In this document: piece after piece, positions 10,121 through 18,729 of the stretch
How positions within the stretch are numbered: the first letter of the stretch is position 1
Layout: each line of letters opens with the position of its first letter
Source of the DNA: an uncultured delta proteobacterium
GTDB taxonomy: Bacteria; Myxococcota_A; UBA9160; UBA4427
Length of the DNA stretch: 64,000 bases
Reading direction: 5' to 3'
NCBI GenBank assembly: GCA_963822965.1
Contig: CAWGJT010000010.1
Span: 832,001-896,000, forward strand
The notes under the pieces: model-generated
The model's database searches: none
What the model saw: only the letters and a program-made list of their open reading frames with translations
What the model was told of the DNA's origin: nothing
Made by a program: the position numbers and the translations under genes

Positions 10121-11659
10121 TCAGGCGCGCGCGAGCTGCTTCTCGAGGTCGGCGAGCAGGGCCGGGATGTCGGCCGCGCGGGGCGCGACCCCGAAGACCA
10201 GGTGGTCCGGGCGTGCCACGAAGGCGTGGACGTCGTTCGCCTCGAAGAAGGAGCGCGCAGCACCGGGCTCCCACGACTGGAGCCAGACGCCGTCCGGGGG
10301 TGCGGGGCCGGGCGCGTCGGACCAGACGGCCAGGCGTCCTCCGGCCGCCGCGAAGGCACGGCGGGCGCGCTCGTCGGGCCAGCCCTCGGGGCTGCGCATC
10401 ACCAGACGGAAGCCGGAGCCCGTGACCTCGTCCTGGAGCCGGGCATGGTCCCCGTCTCGAACGAGCGGCTGCGGCGCGAGGCGTCGCACCAGACGGTGCT
10501 CTTCCGACCGGAAGCAGCCCTCGCCCGCGGCCGGCAATCCGGAGAGCAGGGACTCCCGACCGCCGGGGCTCGCCAGCATCTGGGCGTCGCGCGCGCGCGC
10601 CAGCTCGGGGTCCTGGGTGCAGATGATGCGGCCGGCGTTCACGGCGCGCTCGATCATCTCCCGCACGTGGGGCAGGCGCTCGCTGCCGTAGGTCGAGACC
10701 AGGGCAGGGGAGGCCTGTCCGCGCAGCACCCGGTCGAGCTTCCAGGCGAGGTTCATGGCATCGCGGATGCCCGCGCACATGCCCTGGCCGAGGAAGGGAG
10801 GCGTCTGGTGGGCGGCGTCGCCGGCGATGGCGATGCGACCCCGGGTCCACTCCCGCGCATACAGGGCGTGGAAGCGGTAGACCGCGGCGCGCACCACCTG
10901 GACGGCGTCGGGATCGACCCAGCTCGCCAGCAGCGCCCGCAGTCGCGCGGGCTGCACCATCTCCCGGGGATCCTCGTCGGGGCGGAGCATGAACTCGAAG
11001 CGGTAGAAGCCGTGGGCGCACGGCACGAGGGTGGTGGGACGCGCGGGATCGCAGAGCTGCACGCAGATGTCGGGAAGGTCGTAGGCGCCGCGCAAGTCGA
11101 CGACGACCCACGGCTCGTCGAAGCCCAGATCCTCGAGCGGAAGCCCCGCCTCGACGCGAACCAGGCTGCTCGCGCCGTCGCAGCCCACGATCCAGCGGGC
11201 CTCCACGTCCTGCTCGCGTCCGCGAGCGTCCCGCATCCGCAGCGCCGCTCCCTCGTCGCCCTGGCGAACGCCCGTGACCTCGCAGCCCAGCTGGACGTCG
11301 GTGGTCGGCAGCTCGCTGGCACGCTCGCGCAGCACGGCCTCGAGGCTCGGCTGGTGGAACATGTAGTCCGCCTTCCAGCCCTGGCTCGTCTCTTCGCCCA
11401 TCGGGACGGCGATGAGCACCTCCCGGGCGGCCGTCCAGAACTCACAGCCCGACGCCGGTCGGGTGTGGGGCAGGAGACGCTCGGCGACGCCCAGGGTCTG
11501 GAAGATGCGCATCACCTCGTGGTCGAAGTGCACCGCGCGGGGGAGGCTGTAGACCTCCGTCTCCCGGTCCACGACACACACCCGATGTCCCTGCTCGGCC
11601 AGCAGGCCCGCGAGGCAGGCCCCGGTCGGCCCGAAGCCGGCGATGGCGACGTCGTACAT
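10121..11659 (-). CDS. FAD-dependent phenolic monooxygenase (MhpA-like)
   Basis: GFGPTG, PRAVHFDHE, GCDGASS, AGDAAHQTPPFLGQGMCAGIRD. Confidence 0.9.
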   Translation of the reverse strand: MYDVAIAGFGPTGACLAGLLAEQGHRVCVVDRETEVYSLPRAVHFDHEVMRIFQTLGVAERLLPHTRPASGCEFWTAAREVLIAVPMGEETSQGWKADYMFHQPSLEAVLRERASELPTTDVQLGCEVTGVRQGDEGAALRMRDARGREQDVEARWIVGCDGASSLVRVEAGLPLEDLGFDEPWVVVDLRGAYDLPDICVQLCDPARPTTLVPCAHGFYRFEFMLRPDEDPREMVQPARLRALLASWVDPDAVQVVRAAVYRFHALYAREWTRGRIAIAGDAAHQTPPFLGQGMCAGIRDAMNLAWKLDRVLRGQASPALVSTYGSERLPHVREMIERAVNAGRIICTQDPELARARDAQMLASPGGRESLLSGLPAAGEGCFRSEEHRLVRRLAPQPLVRDGDHARLQDEVTGSGFRLVMRSPEGWPDERARRAFAAAGGRLAVWSDAPGPAPPDGVWLQSWEPGAARSFFEANDVHAFVARPDHLVFGVAPRAADIPALLADLEKQLARA

Positions 11660-11704
11660 CGGAAGGTGTCCTCTCCGGGCTCTCGGCGATGGGATCCGTG
11701 GTCC

Positions 11705-11752
11705 TTGCGGATGTCTTAGTCAATCGTATAATCCGATTGGTCGCAAGACTAA
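11705..11752 (+). promoter_or_regulatory. sigma70-type promoter with overlapping inverted repeats (probable TetR operator)
   Basis: TTGCGG (11705) N16 TATAAT (11727); CAATCG-N7-CGATTG (11721-11739) brackets the -10; outer TTAGTC/GACTAA (11716/11747). Confidence 0.7.
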
Positions 11753-11802
11753 ATCCGGCAGAACGACGGCAGGCCGAGCTCGACGAACGGGGAGATCGAA
11801 GG

Positions 11803-12471
11803 ATGGCATCCGGCGCGGTCCGAGCGGCCCAGGCACAGCAGGGCCCGGGACACCAGGGACAGGAGACCCGCGAGCGAATCCTCGAGGCGGCGTTGCAGGT
11901 CTTCTCCGAGCGCGGCTTCGACGGCGCCACCACGCGCGAGATCGCCTCCCGCGCGGACGCGAACGTGGGTCTCCTGCAGTACTACTTCGGCGACAAGCAG
12001 AGCCTGTGGCAGACCGCGGTGGACCGGGCGTTCGAAGACCTGGAGGGAGGGCTCCTCGACCTCGAGGCGATGCCGGCCGGCGGCGACGAGCGGGAACGCA
12101 TGCGCCGACTGCTCCGCCGCTACGTGCGCTTCGTCGGTCGCAATCCCGACTTCATCCGCATCATGCACGACGAGGGGAAGCGCCCGGGGCCGCGCATGCG
12201 CTGGCTCGTCGACCATCACGTGAAGCCTCTCTACGAGAAGATCACCGCCTGGCTGCAACGAGCACAGCGCGAGGGCTCCGTGCCCGCCGACATCGAGCCG
12301 CTCCACCTGCACTACATCCTGGTGGGGGCGGTGGGGCTGGTCTTCCACCAGGCGGCCGAGTGCCGCCGCTTGACCGGGAAGGATCCCGCAGACGGGGCGT
12401 TCATCGAGGCGCACGCCGCCGCCGTCGAACGCGTGCTGCTGGGCCCGCCGCCACAGGAGAAGAAGCCGTGA
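11803..12471 (+). CDS. TetR/AcrR family transcriptional regulator
   Basis: RERILEAALQVFSERGFDGATTREIA...LLQYYFGDKQSL helix-turn-helix. Confidence 0.92.
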   Translation: MASGAVRAAQAQQGPGHQGQETRERILEAALQVFSERGFDGATTREIASRADANVGLLQYYFGDKQSLWQTAVDRAFEDLEGGLLDLEAMPAGGDERERMRRLLRRYVRFVGRNPDFIRIMHDEGKRPGPRMRWLVDHHVKPLYEKITAWLQRAQREGSVPADIEPLHLHYILVGAVGLVFHQAAECRRLTGKDPADGAFIEAHAAAVERVLLGPPPQEKKP

Positions 12472-13343
12472 GAATCGCAACCTTCCAGCAGGACGGCGTT
12501 GCCCGGGTGGGCGTCGTGCACGACGACGGCATCGTGGATCTCTCGCGCGTTGCGCCGGGTCTGCCCGCCACGACTCTGGCCCTGCTCGAGGCGGGGCCGG
12601 CCGCGCTTCGCGACGCGGCGGCCGCGGCGGACGGCGCCGAGGCGATCCCCCTCGAGAAGGTGACCCTGCTCGCGCCCATCTCGCGCCCGCCGAAGTTCTT
12701 CGGCGTGGGTCTCAACTACGCCGACCACGTCGCCGAGTCGGGCCTGGAACGGCCGAAGCATCCCACGATCTTCAACAAGCAGTCCACCTGCGTCACGGGT
12801 CCCACCGCTGCCATCCACCGGCCCCGCGTCTCGCCGGCCCTGGACTACGAGGGCGAGCTGGGCTTCGTGATCGGACGTCGCTGCCGACACGTGAGCCGCG
12901 ACGACGCCCGGGACGTGATCGCGGGCTACGTCGTCGTGAACGACGTGTCCGTGCGGGACTGGCAGCTGCGCGTTCCCACCTGGACCATGGGCAAGTCCTT
13001 CGACACCCACGGGCCCATGGGGCCCTGGCTGGTGACCGCCGACGAGGTGCCGGACCCGCACGCCCTGCGGCTGCGGACCTGGGTCAACGGCGAGCTGCGG
13101 CAGGAGTCGAACACGTGCCAGCTCATCTTCGACTGCTTCACGTTGGTCGAGCACCTGTCCACGGCCTTCACCCTGGAGCCGGGGGACGTGGTCGCCACGG
13201 GTACACCCGCCGGCGTGGGCATGGCCATGAAGCCGCCGAAGCTCCTGGTGCCGGGGGACGTGGTGAAGATCGAGATCGAGGGGATCGGCGCCATCGAGAA
13301 TCCCGTCGTCGAAGAGCCCGCGGACACGGCTTTCATCCGCTGA
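12468..13343 (+). CDS. Fumarylacetoacetate hydrolase family protein
   Basis: GLNYADH, LDYEGEL, NDVSVRDWQ, GKSFDT, TGTPAGVG; GTG start overlaps TetR stop. Confidence 0.92.
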   Translation: MRIATFQQDGVARVGVVHDDGIVDLSRVAPGLPATTLALLEAGPAALRDAAAAADGAEAIPLEKVTLLAPISRPPKFFGVGLNYADHVAESGLERPKHPTIFNKQSTCVTGPTAAIHRPRVSPALDYEGELGFVIGRRCRHVSRDDARDVIAGYVVVNDVSVRDWQLRVPTWTMGKSFDTHGPMGPWLVTADEVPDPHALRLRTWVNGELRQESNTCQLIFDCFTLVEHLSTAFTLEPGDVVATGTPAGVGMAMKPPKLLVPGDVVKIEIEGIGAIENPVVEEPADTAFIR

Positions 13344-13366
13344 GCCATCCGTCGAGGAGGTCGATC

Positions 13367-14281
13367 ATGCCCGGAATCAAGGTCACCGACATCGCGTTCG
13401 TGCGCTTCTCGGCGCCGGACCTCGACCGCATGCAGAGCTTCCTCGAGGACTTCGGTCTACGGGTCCACGAGCGGGTGGGAGACGTGCTCTACGCCCGCGG
13501 CAGCGACCCGGAGCCCTGGATCCACGCCACCGAGCGCGGGCCGGCGGGCTTCCGCGGCGTGGCGTTCGACGCCGCCTCGGAGCGCGATCTGGAGGTGGCC
13601 GCCAAGATGGAGGGAGCCTCGGACATCGAGGCCCTCGACGGGCCCGGCGGCGGACACCGCGTGCGCATGCTCGACCCCGACGGCTTCTCGGTGGAGGTGG
13701 TTCACGGGCGCGCGCACCTCGACGCGCTTCCCGTGCGGGGCTCCCTGCCCCTGAATCGGGGAAGCGAGCGCCGCCGGCTCGGTCACCTGCAGCGCGTGCC
13801 GGCCGGCCCGGCCCAGGTGAAACGCCTGGGCCACGCCGTCGTGCGGGTGTCGAACCTGTCGCGCAGCGAGTCCTGGTACCAGTCGCGCTTCGGCTTCCTG
13901 GTCTCCGACGAGGTGCGGCTGAACGACGACGGGCCCGTGGTCACGTCGTTCCTGCGCTGCGATCGGGGTCCGATCCACGTGGACCACCACACCTTCCTGT
14001 GCGTCGGAGTGGGGGACCCGGGCTTCGACCACGCCGCCTTCGAGGTGGAGGACTTCGACGCCGTGATGTGCGGTCACGAGCATCTCTCGGCGCGCGGGTG
14101 GGACCACGCCACCGGCGTCGGACGCCACATCCTGGGCTCCCAGGTCTACGACTACTGGCGCGATCCCTGGGGCAATACGCTCGAGCACTTCACCGACGGC
14201 GACCTGCTCGACGCCAGCGCGCCGCCGGGCCGACAGACGCCCCGGGTCGCTCTGGGCACCCAGTGGGGCCGCTTCGGCTGA
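13367..14281 (+). CDS. VOC-family extradiol ring-cleavage dioxygenase, trihydroxytoluene oxygenase (DntD)-like
   Basis: IAFVRFSAPDLD, PGGGHRVRMLDPDG, LGH, DHH, GVGRHILGSQVYDYWRDPWG...EH; GAGGAGG RBS. Confidence 0.85.
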   Translation: MPGIKVTDIAFVRFSAPDLDRMQSFLEDFGLRVHERVGDVLYARGSDPEPWIHATERGPAGFRGVAFDAASERDLEVAAKMEGASDIEALDGPGGGHRVRMLDPDGFSVEVVHGRAHLDALPVRGSLPLNRGSERRRLGHLQRVPAGPAQVKRLGHAVVRVSNLSRSESWYQSRFGFLVSDEVRLNDDGPVVTSFLRCDRGPIHVDHHTFLCVGVGDPGFDHAAFEVEDFDAVMCGHEHLSARGWDHATGVGRHILGSQVYDYWRDPWGNTLEHFTDGDLLDASAPPGRQTPRVALGTQWGRFG

Positions 14282-14343
14282 GGCGCCAGCCCGGCCCGGA
14301 CGTCCTACGCTCCGCCCAAGCATGCGAGGCCGGCGCGCGCTCC
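14069..14343 (+). repeat. 275-bp direct repeat, copy 1 (3' end of VOC gene, spacer, first codons of GDSL gene)
   Basis: Ungapped match to 18455-18729 (offset 4386) with 6 mismatches. Confidence 0.97.
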
Positions 14344-14756
14344 GCGTCTGGGACCACTGTTCAGGCTTACATGGACCTGCAGATGAAGATCCCGGAACTC
14401 CTTGGGTCACCCCGGCGCGACTTCGACTTCGAATGACCGCTCCAGGCACACCGCAGACTTCCCGGACCGCGCCGAAGAAGAACTCGGACCAAGAGGGCGG
14501 ACAGGCGCGACGAGAAGACCGCCGATCCCCCCCACTCGGCATCCGGGGCCGTCTTCAGACCGCCAGGGCCGCTCGAGCGTGTCTCGATGCGTCGCTGTGC
14601 GCCAAGATGCGCCCACAAGAGCCCAACTACTCGTCATCGTTCGGCTCCGGCTCGAGGTGCATGATCGGGGATCTGGGGGTCGTCAGCGAAGGCTGACGGC
14701 CGGGAATCCGTTCTGCGGATGGCACTCGCGGGCCCGTCGTCTCTGGTTCCGGGTCT

Positions 14757-15002
14757 TTACAGCTTCTTCACCACCACCCGGCCCTGCGCGTCGACGAACA
14801 CGTGATAGCGATTGCCGTCTTTGCAGGTGGCAGTGTAATCGCTGTCGCCGTTGCGCTTGGCATCGACCAATTCATCGCAAGGCATGCCCTGTAGTGCGAT
14901 CGTCGCCTTGAGATCTTTTTCGATAGACGCTTGCTCGGCATGCAGCGGCGCTGCATGGCAAACCATGGCAGCGGTCGCGGCAAGAATGGCGATGCGGTTC
15001 AC
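14757..15002 (-). CDS. Small secreted two-Cys hypothetical protein (81 aa)
   Basis: AGGAGG RBS, signal peptide ending LHA, natural composition, 12 bp downstream of lipoprotein gene. Confidence 0.8.
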   Translation of the reverse strand: MNRIAILAATAAMVCHAAPLHAEQASIEKDLKATIALQGMPCDELVDAKRNGDSDYTATCKDGNRYHVFVDAQGRVVVKKL

Positions 15003-15014
15003 GAGAACCTCCTG

Positions 15015-15617
15015 TCAGCCAACTTCGATCTGTGCGAATTTGTCCGGATCGCGAAGGATGTCCCAAATCACTTCGCGCGACGACGAGATGTCGGATGCAA
15101 GCGCCTGGTCGCTGTCCTGCAGCAAGCTGAGCACCTTCATGATCAGCAAATCATAGCGTTGCCTCAGCGTCGTAAGCGGTGTGTTCACCTTGCCGCGGTA
15201 CATCGCCCTGAATTCATCCAGCAGATCATCGATTTGATTCTTGAGCGATAGCTTGGAGAACACGCCAATGGCGTTCGTATCACGAAGACGCTGCTTCAAT
15301 GACGCCAGATCCAGCGCTGGCGCCGTCGTTTGCTTGGCCAATGCCACGTTCGGCGCGGCTACTGCTTCTTCTGTCCCGCTCGTGGATGCCGACGTAGAGG
15401 CGACGGTCTTGGGTGTGGGCGCCGCTGGCCTGGCAGCGGCGACCGGTGCTGCTGGCTCGGCCGTTGCGGTCGACGCAGGTTCGACGACGGTCGTCGACGG
15501 TGCAGCGGCATCCGTCGATGCCGGCTGGGGCCGGCTCTCCGACTCGGTCGATCGGCTCGACGGGCAGCCGGTAACGCAGACCAGCATCAGCAACCCAGCG
15601 ATCCGCAGGTGTTGCAT
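15015..15617 (-). CDS. Hypothetical lipoprotein with Pro/Ala/Ser/Thr linker and helical C-terminal domain
   Basis: MQHLRIAGLLMLVCVTG-C lipobox; C-terminal LDLASLKQRLRDT...WDILRDP amphipathic helices; start could be 15650. Confidence 0.75.
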   Translation of the reverse strand: MQHLRIAGLLMLVCVTGCPSSRSTESESRPQPASTDAAAPSTTVVEPASTATAEPAAPVAAARPAAPTPKTVASTSASTSGTEEAVAAPNVALAKQTTAPALDLASLKQRLRDTNAIGVFSKLSLKNQIDDLLDEFRAMYRGKVNTPLTTLRQRYDLLIMKVLSLLQDSDQALASDISSSREVIWDILRDPDKFAQIEVG

Positions 15618-16003
15618 CGAGAACTCCAATGGCTGATTGGACATCGCCATCCCACACCCATCAGCCGCGTCGCCCTGCGAACCTCCGGAGTCTCCGCTTC
15701 CGAGGCCAGCATCGCCGCGGCCCGAGCCTCCAGAGCACGAGATCCAGCGTGCGTACGCTCGTGAAGCGCTTCGCGACGTCGGGCCAGTTCGCGAGCTTCC
15801 AGAACGCCTTCACCCAGTCGCCCTTGACGAACATCCGGAGTGTCGCAGATGCGCGGCGCTGGCAGCATCGAACCCGCCTCTCCGGTGCGCGATATCCCCG
15901 GAATCAGGGAGTCGTTCGGCATCTCTCTGCAACAGCGAGGGCCGCGTCATCCAAACGGATCTCGACGGGGTCCGTAGCCAGCACGGACGAGGCGTCGATC
16001 ACG

Positions 16004-17806
16004 TCATCGGCGAGCTCGCGGGTGCGCTTCTTCGACGACCCCGGGGTCCCGGCGACGTCGAAGCGCCAGGGTCGAGCCCAGCAGCAGGACGACCAGGCAG
16101 AGCGTCCCCGGAAGCGCCATCGAGGGGACCTTGGCGCTGGTTCCGTCGGACGCGCAGGCCCGGACGTGCGTCAGCAGCCCGTTCGCCCAGCCGCTGTTCT
16201 GGTTGCGACCGTCCAGCACGCGGAAGGCGCCGGCATCGAATCCCCCCGAATAGGCCAGGCTGGTGTTGTCGAACAGGAAGTACCGAAGCAGGTAGGGCCG
16301 ACGCTCCTGGATCCCGTGAGGAAGATCGAAGTCGATCTCGTAGCGCAGGCCCGCCAGCAGCGAAGCCTCGACGGGGAGGTCGACGAAGTGCGCGTGGCCT
16401 GGGACCACGTTCACCGTGCGGCGGCTCAGGATCGGTCCCGCCGTCGTCCCGGACAGAGCCCGCAGCGTCACCTGGTACTCGAAGCTCTCCAGGGGCTCGA
16501 GATAGGAGCCGAACGCGCGGATGGACGCCGGGGCGATCATCTCCACCCCGACCCCGCGCTCCGAGTCGTCCCAGGCGATGAAGCGCTCCGGGGGATGGCC
16601 GAGATCGTCGCAGCCCGACACCCGGGGCAGGTCCTCGAGGTCGTAGCAGACACGGAAGTGCGGTGTGAAGAAGTTGCCCCAGCCGGAGATGCCGCTGCGC
16701 CCGTCGAGCACCTTGAACGGAGGGGCGGCATACGCCAGCTGGGGGTCGAGGGAGGGATTGTGGTGGCTGCTGTACTCCATGCTGTACGGTCGAACGCCGG
16801 AACCGCCTCCCACCCGGTCGAAGCGGATGGCGTATCGGGTCCCGGGATGGAAGGTCACCCCGACGGGCACGTTCACCCAACGCGGAGCCTCCGGTCCGAC
16901 CATCTGGGAGGCCGTCGCGACCAGACCCCCCAGGCTGCCGTCCGACAGGATCGTGTTCACGGCGACCTCGAGATCGACCGTCTCGGTGGTCCCGAGATAG
17001 ACGCCGATTGCCGACGCCGTCAGCTCGCGACCCACCGTCACGCCGATGCCGACGTCGGTATCGATGCCGCCGAGCTGTCCGCGGTCCTCTCCGGTCGGGC
17101 GCCCGAGGTCGATGCACACCTGCGACTTGCGATGGGTGACGGCCAGCTGGATGTAGTCGACGTTCGTGTCGTCCTGGATCCACGTATCGAGCAGACCGTA
17201 AGCGTTGAGGTCGTCTACGAGGGTCGTCGTGGAACCGTCGGTCTTCGGGAGAGCCGAGAGATCGAGAACGAGCGTGTAGCCGTCCGGCCCGTAGGCCGCG
17301 ACGATCTCGGACTTCGACCACAACACCGTTTGCAGGCCGTGATCCTCGGGATTGCCGCAGTTGCCGAACGCGGAGCAGTCGCCCAGCTGGCGGACCCAGG
17401 TGGGCGAGCCGGCCACGGCCTGGCCAGCAGGTCCCGTGAAGGTCAGGCCCACGCTGTCGTTGATGACGACGGAGCCCTGGTCGTACTCCGCGTTCGGACG
17501 CAGCCGGGCCGTCAACACGGCGCCGGTGATCGTTCCCTGCAGCTCCGACAGGTCGAAGGTGTGCAACAGCTCGGTGTTGACGCTCGTATCGTCGAAGGTG
17601 CGCCGCGGACCGGTCAGGCGTGCGTCGAAGCCGGGCGAAGGCGAGGAGAGCTCGGGGCCGTCCGACTCGTCGTAGGCGTCGATCCGGCCCGCGAGAAACA
17701 CCGTTTCGTCGCCACGGGCGCGCTCGGGCAGTGCCGCCGCCAGACCCGAGACGACGGCGAGAAGGGCACACCAACAGGGGGTGGATCCCCGCGGTAGGGA
17801 GCTCAT
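16004..17806 (-). CDS. Secreted 600-aa protein with two tandem ~155-aa domains and an IPTL-CTERM-like tail
   Basis: Signal peptide; internal duplication (FKVLDGR..SGWGN / FRVLDGR..SGWAN); VPSM + hydrophobic stretch + RRRR. Confidence 0.8.
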   Translation of the reverse strand: MSSLPRGSTPCWCALLAVVSGLAAALPERARGDETVFLAGRIDAYDESDGPELSSPSPGFDARLTGPRRTFDDTSVNTELLHTFDLSELQGTITGAVLTARLRPNAEYDQGSVVINDSVGLTFTGPAGQAVAGSPTWVRQLGDCSAFGNCGNPEDHGLQTVLWSKSEIVAAYGPDGYTLVLDLSALPKTDGSTTTLVDDLNAYGLLDTWIQDDTNVDYIQLAVTHRKSQVCIDLGRPTGEDRGQLGGIDTDVGIGVTVGRELTASAIGVYLGTTETVDLEVAVNTILSDGSLGGLVATASQMVGPEAPRWVNVPVGVTFHPGTRYAIRFDRVGGGSGVRPYSMEYSSHHNPSLDPQLAYAAPPFKVLDGRSGISGWGNFFTPHFRVCYDLEDLPRVSGCDDLGHPPERFIAWDDSERGVGVEMIAPASIRAFGSYLEPLESFEYQVTLRALSGTTAGPILSRRTVNVVPGHAHFVDLPVEASLLAGLRYEIDFDLPHGIQERRPYLLRYFLFDNTSLAYSGGFDAGAFRVLDGRNQNSGWANGLLTHVRACASDGTSAKVPSMALPGTLCLVVLLLGSTLALRRRRDPGVVEEAHPRARR

Positions 17807-18198
17807 ATCCGTCCTCGACCAGAGGTCTACACGAGAGAGCGGCAGCCGACTCCAGGCATATCACGAATCGCGCGGGCCAGGTGGAAAATCGAGCATGAGC
17901 ATCATAAGGGGATGGCGTCTGCGGACAGCGACGGAAGTCTCCGAGAACACAAAGGTTGGTGCCTCCCGTGCGCGGCGCGAATCGTAACTCGCCGGCGTCG
18001 CCGCGCCGGATTGCGTGCTTCGGCGCGGCGCCGCCGCATGTTGGGATGGTCCCGCGAGAAGGATCTGCGTCTGGCCTCCCACTTCCAGCGACAGGAGGGC
18101 GGGGACGTCGTCGTGAACTACGTCCGGGCATGGACTACGTGTGCAACTGCACCAGAGACTTCGCGTGCGTCAGAGCCTGGCCGACACTCTGCCCGGGC

Positions 18199-18440
18199 TC
18201 AGCCGCGTGCCGGTGTGTCGGCGAGCCGCACCTCGCCGTCCACGAAGTGGATCGGCCCGCGCTGGGTCCTGAACGCGCCGCAGATACTCCGCCCGCTCTC
18301 GAGGTCGGACTCGACGCCGTGCCCCGGACAGGCGATCCGGCTGGCGCTTGCATGGCCGTCCTTCAGGAGGACGCCCCCATGAGGGCGCCGGCCATCAGAG
18401 TCGAGAGAGCGGACTCGATCGCCTCTCGCTCGATCCCGAG
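18199..18440 (-). pseudogene. Degenerate Rieske [2Fe-2S] ferredoxin-like remnant
   Basis: RRPHGGVLLKDG...IACPGHGVESDLESG resembles CPHxG...CPxHGxxFDLxTG with the first Cys lost; no convincing start. Confidence 0.45.
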
Positions 18441-18454
18441 TCGCTTCATCTCCA

Positions 18455-18729
18455 TGCGGTCGCGAGCATCTCTCGGCTTGCGGGTGGGACCACGCCACCG
18501 GCGTCGGACGCCACATCCTGGGCTCCCAGGTCTACGACTACTGGCGCGATCCCTGGGGCAATACGCTCGAGCACTTCACCGACGGCGACCTGCTCGACGC
18601 CAGCGCGCCGCCGGGCCGGCAGACGCCCCGGGTCGCTCTGGGCACCCAGTGGGGTCGCTTCGGCTGAGGCGCCAGCCCGGCCCGGACGTCCTACGCTCCG
18701 CCGAAGCATGCGAGGCCGGCGCGCGCTCC
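18455..18729 (+). repeat. 275-bp direct repeat, copy 2 (orphan VOC 3' fragment 18455-18667 and real start of GDSL gene)
   Basis: Ungapped match to 14069-14343. Confidence 0.97.

Larger units (their letters stand above)
14344..18454. mobile_element. Inserted accessory islet bounded by 275-bp direct repeats; no integrase or transposase recognised
   Basis: Flanking duplication; visibly more AT-rich codon usage at ~14750-15650; gene fragments at both ends. Confidence 0.65.

Noticed and set aside
14344..18454. Integron cassette array or IS element
   Set aside because: No attC-like sites, integrase, transposase or terminal inverted repeats recognised
14069..18729. Diversity-generating retroelement (TR/VR) reading of the 275-bp repeat
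   Set aside because: Only 2 of 6 mismatches involve A, the repeat extends into the next gene, and no reverse transcriptase is present
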